Of a stretch of DNA of 37,509 bases, positions 17,711 through 25,332 are shown in pieces. The translations under genes and the position numbers were made by a program. Below the pieces are notes generated by a model. That model saw nothing but the letters and a program-made list of their open reading frames with translations, had not been told where the DNA came from and did not search any database. The DNA is from Robiginitalea sp. Its GTDB lineage: Bacteria > Bacteroidota > Bacteroidia > Flavobacteriales > Flavobacteriaceae. Within the stretch, counting starts at the first letter, position 1. Each line of letters starts with the position of its first letter. The stretch lies in NCBI GenBank assembly GCA_050290125.1, contig JBNKHB010000001.1, forward strand, positions 1 through 37,509, written 5' to 3'.

Positions 17711-18388
17711 ATGAAAACATCGCAAATTCACTCAAGAAGAAATTTCATGGGCACGGTAATGCTCGGCGCAACCGCCAGCACCCTGTCCATGCTCACCGAC
17801 CCGCTCCTGGCGCGTACCACCCAATTCAGCCCAAAGCAGATGTCCGAAGCAGAAGACTGGTTTGACAATATCAAAGGGGCACACCGGGTGGTCTTTGACG
17901 GCTCCATGCCGCACTATGGCTTTCCGGTGATCTGGAACTGGGCCTATTACCTTTCCAACAATGAGACCGGCGCAGGCGACGAGGAGGTGACTGCCATGAC
18001 TGTGTTGCGGCATGACGCCATTCCCTTTGCCATGCACTCCGACCTCTGGGCAAAATACGATCTCGGCAAACGCTTCAAGATCCATCAGGCGGACGGAACA
18101 CCCTACACGCGCAATCCGTTCTACGAGCCACAGGAGGGCGATTTTCCCCTGCCGGTCATCCAGGGCATCAAGGACCTGCAGACCCGCGGAGCCATGTTTT
18201 GCGTCTGTAACCTGGCCATGGGCTTTTACAGCAACATGGTAGCCCAGGAACTGGGGCAGGATCCCCAGGCCGTATACAGTGAATGGGCCGCGGCCGTTTT
18301 GCCGGAGATCCAGGTAGTGCCTTCAGGGGTTTGGGCCCTGGGCCGTGCGCAGGAAAAAGGATGCGGTTATGTATTTGCCGGCGAATAA
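17711..18388 (+). CDS. Tat-exported DsrE-fold protein with CxC motif
   Basis: Twin-arginine SRRNFMG plus hydrophobic stretch; HRVVFD, VLRHDA, RGAMFCVCNLAM and VVPSGVWALGRAQEKG follow the DsrE/F topology. Confidence 0.65.
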   Translation: MKTSQIHSRRNFMGTVMLGATASTLSMLTDPLLARTTQFSPKQMSEAEDWFDNIKGAHRVVFDGSMPHYGFPVIWNWAYYLSNNETGAGDEEVTAMTVLRHDAIPFAMHSDLWAKYDLGKRFKIHQADGTPYTRNPFYEPQEGDFPLPVIQGIKDLQTRGAMFCVCNLAMGFYSNMVAQELGQDPQAVYSEWAAAVLPEIQVVPSGVWALGRAQEKGCGYVFAGE

Positions 18389-18409
18389 TCAACATCTAAC
18401 TGCTGAGAA

Positions 18410-18823
18410 ATGAAAAGGTATATACTGGTTGTGCTGGCCGTGATGGGCACGCTGGGTGCAACTGCCCAGGAGAATCCCATTCGGATCGTCTTTGACGTAA
18501 GCAGCGAGAACCCTGAGGTCCACCGGTCCGCTGCAAGGCATTTGAGACTGATGTCCGAATCGTACCCGCAATCCCAGTTTGAAATGGTGGTTTACGGGGG
18601 AGCTGTAGAAATGATTGACCGGAAGCGGTCGGTTGCCGGGGAAACGCTGGCGGCGGTCGCCGGAATGGAAAATGTCAACATCCTGGTTTGCCAGCAAACG
18701 CTGAACCGCCACAATATGGGGCCGGAAGACCTGATACCCGGAGTGGGTACCGTACCCGACGGCATTTACCAGATCGTTGCACGGCAACAGGAAGGCTGGG
18801 GCTATATCAAGGAAGTAAAATAA
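18410..18823 (+). CDS. Sec-exported DsrE/DsrF-like protein
   Basis: Signal peptide ending ATA/Q; IVFDV, EMVVYGGA, ILVCQQTL (conserved Cys) and VPDGIYQIVARQQEGWGYIK. Confidence 0.8.
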   Translation: MKRYILVVLAVMGTLGATAQENPIRIVFDVSSENPEVHRSAARHLRLMSESYPQSQFEMVVYGGAVEMIDRKRSVAGETLAAVAGMENVNILVCQQTLNRHNMGPEDLIPGVGTVPDGIYQIVARQQEGWGYIKEVK

Positions 18824-18842
18824 GACAGAGGGAAGCAGCACA

Positions 18843-19649
18843 ATGGAACTATTTGAAATGCTGGGCTATGCCGGAGCCGTTGCCGTAGGATTGGTCCTGG
18901 GGTTAATGGGGAGCGGGGGTTCCATAATGGCGGTGCCCATTCTCAGCTATCTGTTCCACATCAACCCGGTGACCACAACGGCGTACTCGCTATTTGTAGT
19001 GGGGACTTCCGCCTCCGTGGGTTCCCTTCGGTTCCTGAAACAGGGCCTGATCGACCTGAGGACGGCGGGCTGGTTTGCGCTGCCTGCCGTGATCGGGGTA
19101 TTTGCCGTGCGCCGTTTCCTGATTCCCATGTTGCCGTCAGAGTTCAGCCTGAATGATTTCCTGGCCATCGACCGGGACCGGGCGATCATGGTGCTTTTTG
19201 GGATCGTCCTCTGTCTGGCTGCCCTGACCATGATCCGGAACCGGGGTTACCACGACCGGATGCCGCGCCTGGCAGGCAACCCGGCAGTTCTTGTAGCCAT
19301 GGGCGCAGGGGTCGGATTGCTCACCGGGATCGTAGGTGTTGGCGGCGGTTTTCTGATCGTGCCCGTGCTGGTCGGAATTTCCGGTATGCCGATGGCGCGT
19401 GGCGTGGCTACTTCCCTGTTCATCATTGCGGTGAATGCCCTCATTGGCTTTACCGGGAATCTTGGCTACCTGGAGATCGACTGGTATTTCCTGCTCTGCT
19501 TTACGGGCCTATCCCTTGCCGGGATCCTGATGGGGACCTTTATGGCGAGGAGGATCCGGGGTTTCAGGCTTAAAAGGGGTTTCGGGTGGATGTGCCTGGC
19601 CACTGCCGGCTTCATCCTGTGCAGGGAACTCGTCGGATTCGGGATATGA
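18843..19649 (+). CDS. TauE/SafE family sulfite/sulfur-oxyanion exporter
   Basis: GLMGSGGSIMAVP and GIVGVGGGFLIVP repeats; ATSLFII; about 8 TM helices. Confidence 0.88.
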   Translation: MELFEMLGYAGAVAVGLVLGLMGSGGSIMAVPILSYLFHINPVTTTAYSLFVVGTSASVGSLRFLKQGLIDLRTAGWFALPAVIGVFAVRRFLIPMLPSEFSLNDFLAIDRDRAIMVLFGIVLCLAALTMIRNRGYHDRMPRLAGNPAVLVAMGAGVGLLTGIVGVGGGFLIVPVLVGISGMPMARGVATSLFIIAVNALIGFTGNLGYLEIDWYFLLCFTGLSLAGILMGTFMARRIRGFRLKRGFGWMCLATAGFILCRELVGFGI

Positions 19650-19691
19650 AACAAATGAACCAGCCCGAACGGAAGGTTTGGCCTACCTTAC
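19647..19691 (+). promoter_or_regulatory. Putative promoter 4 (single box plus -7-like element) for the ACAD-fold gene
   Basis: TGAAACAAATGA at 19647 (overlaps the TauE stop); TACCTTAC at 19684 (+37). Confidence 0.4.
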
Positions 19692-19734
19692 AAAAAGGCC
19701 TATTTTAAGCAATAACAACCTATATCATCAGATC

Positions 19735-20931
19735 ATGATTGAAGCAGCACAAAAGAACAAAGAAGAACTGAGCGCGCGCCTGGAATCGATATTTGCCGCC
19801 TGCGGCGAACGGGCCGCGCATTATGATGCCAACAACCTCTTCTTCCAGGAGGATTTTGACGCCCTTAAGGATGCAGGGTATCTGCTGATGGCCGTGCCGG
19901 AAGAATTCGGGGGGTATGGTATGAACGTTGCCGAGACTTCCCAACTAACACGCAAACTGGCCTATCATGCGGCGCCCACGGCCCTTGCGCTAAATATGCA
20001 CGTTTATTGGACAGGGCTTATCTCCGACCTGTGGCGCGGCGGGGACGATTCACTGGTCTGGGTGCTGGAGGAAGCGGGCAAGGGCAAGGTTTTTGCCGCA
20101 GGCCACGGAGAATCCGGGAATGACAGCCCTGGGCTGTTCTCCACCTGTAAAGCCGAAAAAGTGGATGGCGGTTACAAATTCACCGGTCATAAAATGTTCG
20201 GCAGCCTCACCCCGGTATGGGATTATATGGGTCTCCACGGGCAGGACAACAGCGACCCGGATAACCCGGTGGTGATCCACGCATTTATGCCACGTGACAC
20301 CGAAGGCTATGAGATCAAGGAGACCTGGGACGATGTACTGGGCATGCGTGCCACCCGTTCCGATGACACCATCCTGAACGGCGTGTTTATCCCTGATGAA
20401 TATATCGCCCGGAAGGTGCCTGCGGGCTTCCAGGGGGTGGACGGATTCGTGCTCGGCATCTTTATCTGGGCGCTTTTTGGCTTTGCCAATGTATACTACG
20501 GTCTGGCGCAGCGCATTTTTGACTTTGTCGTGGAGAAAGTGCAGAAGAAGACATCGATCTCTCTGGGACGCCCCTCAATGGCGTATCACCCGGGGGTGCA
20601 GCGGGATATTGCGGAAATGGTCCTTCGCCTGGAGGCGATCGGGCCTCATATCGATACCCTGGCCCGGGAATGGAGCGAAGGCGTGGACTACGGTCCGGCC
20701 TGGGGCGTTAAGATCGTGGCGGCCAAATGCCATGCCGTAGAAGGCAGTTGGGAGATCGCCGACCGTGCCCTTGATGTCCTGGGCGGCATGGGCCTCTCCC
20801 GCAAGGCCGGGTTTGAGCGTCTCTTCCGCGATATGCGCCTGGGCAAGATCCACCCGGCGAACAGTTATTATGCCCGGGAGGTGATGGCCAAAGGGATGCT
20901 GGGTCTGGACCTGGATTACCGGCCCAGGTAA
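19735..20931 (+). CDS. Acyl-CoA dehydrogenase-fold flavoprotein, probably a DszC/SfnB-like flavin-dependent monooxygenase
   Basis: VPEEFGGYG, ALNMH, GHKMFGSL, GMRATRSDD and ERLFRDMRLGKIHP (His where true ACADs have IYEGT). Confidence 0.7.
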   Translation: MIEAAQKNKEELSARLESIFAACGERAAHYDANNLFFQEDFDALKDAGYLLMAVPEEFGGYGMNVAETSQLTRKLAYHAAPTALALNMHVYWTGLISDLWRGGDDSLVWVLEEAGKGKVFAAGHGESGNDSPGLFSTCKAEKVDGGYKFTGHKMFGSLTPVWDYMGLHGQDNSDPDNPVVIHAFMPRDTEGYEIKETWDDVLGMRATRSDDTILNGVFIPDEYIARKVPAGFQGVDGFVLGIFIWALFGFANVYYGLAQRIFDFVVEKVQKKTSISLGRPSMAYHPGVQRDIAEMVLRLEAIGPHIDTLAREWSEGVDYGPAWGVKIVAAKCHAVEGSWEIADRALDVLGGMGLSRKAGFERLFRDMRLGKIHPANSYYAREVMAKGMLGLDLDYRPR

Positions 20932-20945
20932 ACGGGGGATTGGGC

Positions 20946-21551
20946 TCAGGCGGGTGGATCGCTTGTGAGGACCCCGTTAAGAAGGCATTGAAGCCCCCAG
21001 GCAAGGGTATCGTCAGCGGCTTGTGTATTCAAACCGCAAACATCTTTCATCACAATATAGGCCTCTATCCCCATCAGCAGGGTGGCGATATGCACAAACC
21101 GTTCACGGTGTTCCTCCGGAATCAACCTGCCTTTGTCCTGCAAGGCGCGCTCCAAGGTTTGAACGCGCCTTGCACCGCGTTGATTCACCTCGTTGTCTGC
21201 ACTCAGGATTACGCTGAGGTAGGTGCGGAAGGCTGCCTCATTATCTGCCGTAAGCTTGTTATAGTAATTCAGGATCCCGGCAAGGGTGGTTCTGAGATCC
21301 TCCTGTTCAAGGGTTTCCAGGATGGCGTCGGGATGCCGGGTACGCATGTCCAGGACGGCCTCTGCGGATAAGACGTCTTTGTTGGAATAATAGCGATAAA
21401 CCGTGGCCCGGCTGACCCCGGCCCGCTCGGCCACCGCTTCCAGGCTGAATTCACCCCCTTCGCGCAGCAAACTGTGCGCCGCATCCAGCAATTTATCCCG
21501 CGTGCGACGCTTCTGGCCGCTACGTCCTTTTTCCAGGTAAGTCTCTTTCAT
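20946..21551 (-). CDS. TetR/AcrR family transcriptional regulator
   Basis: HTH SLEAVAERAGVSRATVYRYY; divergent from the cupin gene. Confidence 0.92.
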   Translation of the reverse strand: MKETYLEKGRSGQKRRTRDKLLDAAHSLLREGGEFSLEAVAERAGVSRATVYRYYSNKDVLSAEAVLDMRTRHPDAILETLEQEDLRTTLAGILNYYNKLTADNEAAFRTYLSVILSADNEVNQRGARRVQTLERALQDKGRLIPEEHRERFVHIATLLMGIEAYIVMKDVCGLNTQAADDTLAWGLQCLLNGVLTSDPPA

Positions 21552-21620
21552 AAGACAAAAATCTTATAAAATTTTGATATTTCAAAATCGTTCCTTATGT
21601 TTGTGAGACAAAAATCTCAT
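21550..21620. promoter_or_regulatory. Divergent tetR/cupin control region with two TetR-like operators and back-to-back promoters
   Basis: ATAAGA-caaaaa-TCTTAT (21550-21567) and gTGAGA-caaaaa-TCTCAt (21603-21620); central palindrome ATTTTGA-tatt-TCAAAAT (21571-21588); TTTG-N19-TATGTTTG on the + strand. Confidence 0.7.
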
Positions 21621-21623
21621 AAA

Positions 21624-22082
21624 ATGAAGCAATCACAAGCCATCTGGGTGCTTGGGCACCACATCACCCCCTACAAAACCGCGGGGAATTACAATCTGGT
21701 CATAGGAGAAACGCCTGCCGGGGCACAGGGTCCGCCCCCGCACAGCCATAGCCGCTACGATGAGGTTTTCCTGATCATTGAAGGCGAGGCCGAATTTGTG
21801 ATCGACGGCCAGGCCCGAACGTTCAGGGCAGGCGAATGTGCGGATCTCCCCCGCGGCGCCATCCACACCTTTAACAATGTTTCCGACCAGCCTTGCCGTT
21901 GGGTGAACATCCATAGCCCCAAAGGCTTTCAAGGTTTTTTTGACACCTTCGGCGTACCGGAAACGGAGGCGGATGCGATCGCCAAGTCCCTGGATCCTGA
22001 ACGGATCGGACAAGTAGTGGCCCGCGCCGCCGAATTTGATATGGCGCTGCAACCACTGCCCGAAGCGGCCCGGCCGGAGTGA
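21624..22082 (+). CDS. Cupin-domain protein (QueD/quercetin dioxygenase-like)
   Basis: GPPPHSHSRYDEVFLIIEG and LPRGAIHTF (3-His-1-Glu metal site). Confidence 0.82.
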   Translation: MKQSQAIWVLGHHITPYKTAGNYNLVIGETPAGAQGPPPHSHSRYDEVFLIIEGEAEFVIDGQARTFRAGECADLPRGAIHTFNNVSDQPCRWVNIHSPKGFQGFFDTFGVPETEADAIAKSLDPERIGQVVARAAEFDMALQPLPEAARPE

Positions 22083-22139
22083 AGTTCCATAGGGCACCAA
22101 TGAACCCATTAAATCCTAAATAACTTGAACCGCTCTCCC

Positions 22140-22760
22140 ATGAGAACCATACAATTCGTACACCCCCGGATGTACCTCCTGATGATCCCCTTCCTTCTGA
22201 TTTTCCTTTCCTGCAAACAGGAGAAGGAGTCTATGACTGCCCTCTCGGAAGCCGAACGATCGGATCCCGGATCCATGTTGCCGGAAGCCGATCCGGTCAA
22301 ACGGGGCGAGTACCTGGTGTCTGTTATCGGTTGCGCCGACTGCCATACCCCTAAAAAGATGACCGAGCGGGGGCCGGCCCCCGACCTGGACAAATACATG
22401 ATGGGTTTTGACAGCTCCCGCCCGATGCCCCCGGTTCCCGACGGGGTGCCGATGGGTCCCTGGGTATTGTTTAACGGCGAACTCACCGCCGCAGTCGGGC
22501 CTTGGGGGACTTCTTACGCCGGTAATATCACCCCGCATGAAACCGGTATCGGGAACTGGACCTTTGAACAGTTCAGAAAAGTAATGAAGGAGGGGAAGTA
22601 CAAGGGAATGGACCAGGGCCGTCCGATCATGCCACCCATGCCCGTTGAGGCTTACAAAAATTTTTCGGATGATGACTTGCAGGCCATTTTCGCCTATCTG
22701 AAGTCCATCAAACCTATTGAGAATATCGTTCCGGGATATCAGCCGCCGGCGGGGAGCTGA
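22140..22760 (+). CDS. Monoheme c-type cytochrome lipoprotein
   Basis: Lipobox FLSC; RGEYLV...CADCHTP; YAGNITP...TGIGNWT; MPPMP; DLQAIFAYLKS. Start 22140 or 22170. Confidence 0.8.
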   Translation: MRTIQFVHPRMYLLMIPFLLIFLSCKQEKESMTALSEAERSDPGSMLPEADPVKRGEYLVSVIGCADCHTPKKMTERGPAPDLDKYMMGFDSSRPMPPVPDGVPMGPWVLFNGELTAAVGPWGTSYAGNITPHETGIGNWTFEQFRKVMKEGKYKGMDQGRPIMPPMPVEAYKNFSDDDLQAIFAYLKSIKPIENIVPGYQPPAGS

Positions 22761-22796
22761 CTTTCCGGATCCGGAATTTCCACCTACCTTCGGGAT

Positions 22797-23717
22797 GTGA
22801 ACCGGAAGCAATCCACTGAAATGATCAAGGCCGAGGCTGCACGCCTCGGCTTTCTGTCTTGCGGGGTCTCCCGGGCGGAATTCCTGGAGGAGGAAGCGCC
22901 CCGGCTGGAGCGCTGGCTCAAGGCCGGGATGCACGGGGAGATGGCCTATATGGAAAACCATTTCGACATGCGCCTGGACCCCCGTAAACTGGTTCCCGGC
23001 GCCAAATCCGTCATATCCCTTCTATTGAACTATTACCCTTCCGCTTCCCAAGAGGCGGATTCCTATAAGATCTCCAAATACGCCTATGGCGAGGATTACC
23101 ACCACGTCATAAAATCCAAATTGCGGGAACTGCATCACTTCATTACCGAGCAGATCGGGGAGGTGCACGGAAGGGCCTTTGTGGACTCTGCGCCCGTTTT
23201 GGACAAAGCCTGGGCGGCCCGCAGTGGCCTGGGATGGATCGGCAAGCACAGCAACCTGCTTACCAAGGAGGCCGGGTCCTTTTACTTTATCGCGGAACTG
23301 ATCCTGGACCTGGACCTGGAATACGACCACCCGGTGACGGACCATTGCGGTACCTGTACGGCCTGCATCGACGCCTGCCCCACCCAGGCCATTGTGCAAC
23401 CTTATGTGGTGGATGGCAGCCGCTGCATCTCGTATTTCACCATTGAATTGAAGAACGAGATCCCAACCGCGTTCAAAGGCCAATGGGACGACTGGATCTT
23501 CGGTTGCGATATTTGCCAGGACGTCTGTCCCTGGAACCGGTTTTCTACCCCCCACCGTGAATCCCGGTTCGAGCCCCATCCGGACCTGACCGCCATGGAC
23601 CGGGCCGATTGGGAGGAAATCACTGAGGAAGTTTTCCAACGGATCTTTAAGAAGTCCGCGGTTAAACGAACCAAATTCGAAGGGCTCAAACGGAATATCC
23701 GGTTCCTGCAGGACTAA
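22797..23717 (+). CDS. queG: tRNA epoxyqueuosine(34) reductase QueG
   Basis: [32 protein letters not shown] and [12 protein letters not shown] motifs. Confidence 0.95.
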   Translation: MNRKQSTEMIKAEAARLGFLSCGVSRAEFLEEEAPRLERWLKAGMHGEMAYMENHFDMRLDPRKLVPGAKSVISLLLNYYPSASQEADSYKISKYAYGEDYHHVIKSKLRELHHFITEQIGEVHGRAFVDSAPVLDKAWAARSGLGWIGKHSNLLTKEAGSFYFIAELILDLDLEYDHPVTDHCGTCTACIDACPTQAIVQPYVVDGSRCISYFTIELKNEIPTAFKGQWDDWIFGCDICQDVCPWNRFSTPHRESRFEPHPDLTAMDRADWEEITEEVFQRIFKKSAVKRTKFEGLKRNIRFLQD

Positions 23718-23726
23718 GCAACCGGA

Positions 23727-23742
23727 ACTCAAACGTTTGCGT
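23727..23742. promoter_or_regulatory. LacI-family-like operator upstream of the sugar MFS gene
   Basis: ACTCAAACGTTTGCGT, near-perfect palindrome with central AAACGTTT. Confidence 0.5.
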
Positions 23743-23827
23743 TGTCCGAAACGGCCACTTTTTGGGCACATTCGGGCAAAGAAAGCACAGAATCCGCTAT
23801 ATTAGGTACCATAACCAACTAAGCCAA

Positions 23828-25153
23828 ATGACCATTCCAAAACCAAAACTGAGTTTCTGGCAGATCTTCAACATGAATGTCGGTTTCCTGGGGATTCAGT
23901 ACAGCTTTGGGTTGCAGCAGAGCGCCATAAACCCGATTTTTTTGTTTCTGGGGGCTTCTGAGGAACTCCTGCCCATCCTGAATATCGCGGGCCCGGTAAC
24001 CGGGTTGATCATTCAGCCCATTATCGGGGCGATTTCCGACAAGACCTGGTCTCCCAGATGGGGTCGGCGGAAGCCGTTCTTCCTGATCGGGGCCTTGCTG
24101 GGGAGCATCTGCCTCTTCCTCTTCCCCCTGAGCCCGGCACTCTGGTTTGCCGTTGGCTTATTGTGGATCCTGGATGTGGGCAACAATATGGCAATGGAAC
24201 CCTACAGAGCTTTTGTGGGGGATAAGCTGCCGGATCAGCAGATGAACCTGGGCTACCAGATGCAAAGCCTTTTCGTTGGGGCCGGTATTCTGTTGGCCAA
24301 TGCTTCCATCTTCATTTTCCAGGATTGGTTTGGCGGAGGAGAGGAGATCACCGGCGCCGTACCCAAATGGCTGTATTATTCCTTTTTTATCGGATCGTTC
24401 CTGTCGCTTTCCACCATCCTGTGGTCCGTATTGAAGACCCCGGAGATCCCGCCGAGCCAGGAGGAATTCGACCTCATCCGCAAGCACCGGTCCCTTCCGT
24501 TTTCGGAGCGGTTCAAGATCCCGTTCATCGAGATCAAGCACGCGGTCAAGGACATGCCCAACTTCATGTGGAAGCTGGCCGGGGTTTACTTATTCCAATG
24601 GTATGCCCTTTTCATTTATTGGCAGTTCATTACCCCGCTGTTCCGCACGACCATGGGCTTTGATACCTCGCAGGCAGCAGCCCAGGCCGCAAAGATGAGT
24701 ACCACTTACAACATCGTGACCACCGTGGTAGCCCTTATCCTCGTTCCGCTGACCATGCGCTTCGGTGGGAAAAAGGTCTATGCGCTGAGCCTGATCGGCA
24801 CTGCATTTGCCCTGTTTGCCATCCCGCATATCACCGATCCGGTCTATGTGCTCTTCCCTATGGTATTCTTCGGGATCGGCTGGGCGGCCATGATGGGCAT
24901 CCCGTATAGTATGGTATCCAAGATCGTCCCGCAGGAACGCAGGGGGGTATATATGGGCATCCTCAATATGATGATCGTGATCCCAATGGGGATCGAAACG
25001 CTGACCTTTGGCGCCATTTATAAGAACCTCCTGGGCGAAAATGCGGTGAATGCCATGCTGTTTGCCGGGGTGTTCTTCACCATTGCCGGTTTGCTGGCCC
25101 TCCGGCTGAACGTGCAAAAGGCAAAGGCCGAGGTAGCGACAGAGGATCTGTAG
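23828..25153 (+). CDS. MFS sugar transporter (maltose/alpha-glucoside, SLC45/GPH-like)
   Basis: LSFWQIFNMNVGFLGIQ, WGRRKPF and GVYMGILN motifs; about 12 TM helices. Start at ATG 23828. Confidence 0.85.
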   Translation: MTIPKPKLSFWQIFNMNVGFLGIQYSFGLQQSAINPIFLFLGASEELLPILNIAGPVTGLIIQPIIGAISDKTWSPRWGRRKPFFLIGALLGSICLFLFPLSPALWFAVGLLWILDVGNNMAMEPYRAFVGDKLPDQQMNLGYQMQSLFVGAGILLANASIFIFQDWFGGGEEITGAVPKWLYYSFFIGSFLSLSTILWSVLKTPEIPPSQEEFDLIRKHRSLPFSERFKIPFIEIKHAVKDMPNFMWKLAGVYLFQWYALFIYWQFITPLFRTTMGFDTSQAAAQAAKMSTTYNIVTTVVALILVPLTMRFGGKKVYALSLIGTAFALFAIPHITDPVYVLFPMVFFGIGWAAMMGIPYSMVSKIVPQERRGVYMGILNMMIVIPMGIETLTFGAIYKNLLGENAVNAMLFAGVFFTIAGLLALRLNVQKAKAEVATEDL

Positions 25154-25259
25154 GGGAGGCAATGCATAGGTTTACGTAGCCGACGGAACCCCCCTTCCCT
25201 CCCCCCAGGATTAAGATAGGTGGCAAAAACGCATGTTGTTTGCAGTTCCAAGCTGCCCG

Positions 25260-25297
25260 TTTTCAAATTTTCAATTTTTCAAATTCCCAAATTCAAT
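25260..25297. repeat. Degenerate short tandem repeat (TTTTCAAA-like units)
   Basis: ttttcaaattttcaatttttcaaattcccaaattcaat. Confidence 0.5.
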
Positions 25298-25306
25298 CCT
25301 CCCGCG

Positions 25307-25314
25307 TACCTTTG
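25307..25314 (+). promoter_or_regulatory. -7 promoter element for maeB
   Basis: TACCTTTG, 18 nt upstream of the ATG. Confidence 0.65.
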
Positions 25315-25332
25315 CTTTAGAAGCCAACCTGT

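Noticed and set aside
22080-22112. Two TGAA starts 21 bp apart before the cytochrome c gene, like the regulon boxes
   Set aside because: The rest of the box does not match and there is no -7-like element at +37
22116-22961. 281-aa minus-strand ORF
   Set aside because: Overlaps the cytochrome c gene and queG on the opposite strand; no recognisable domain
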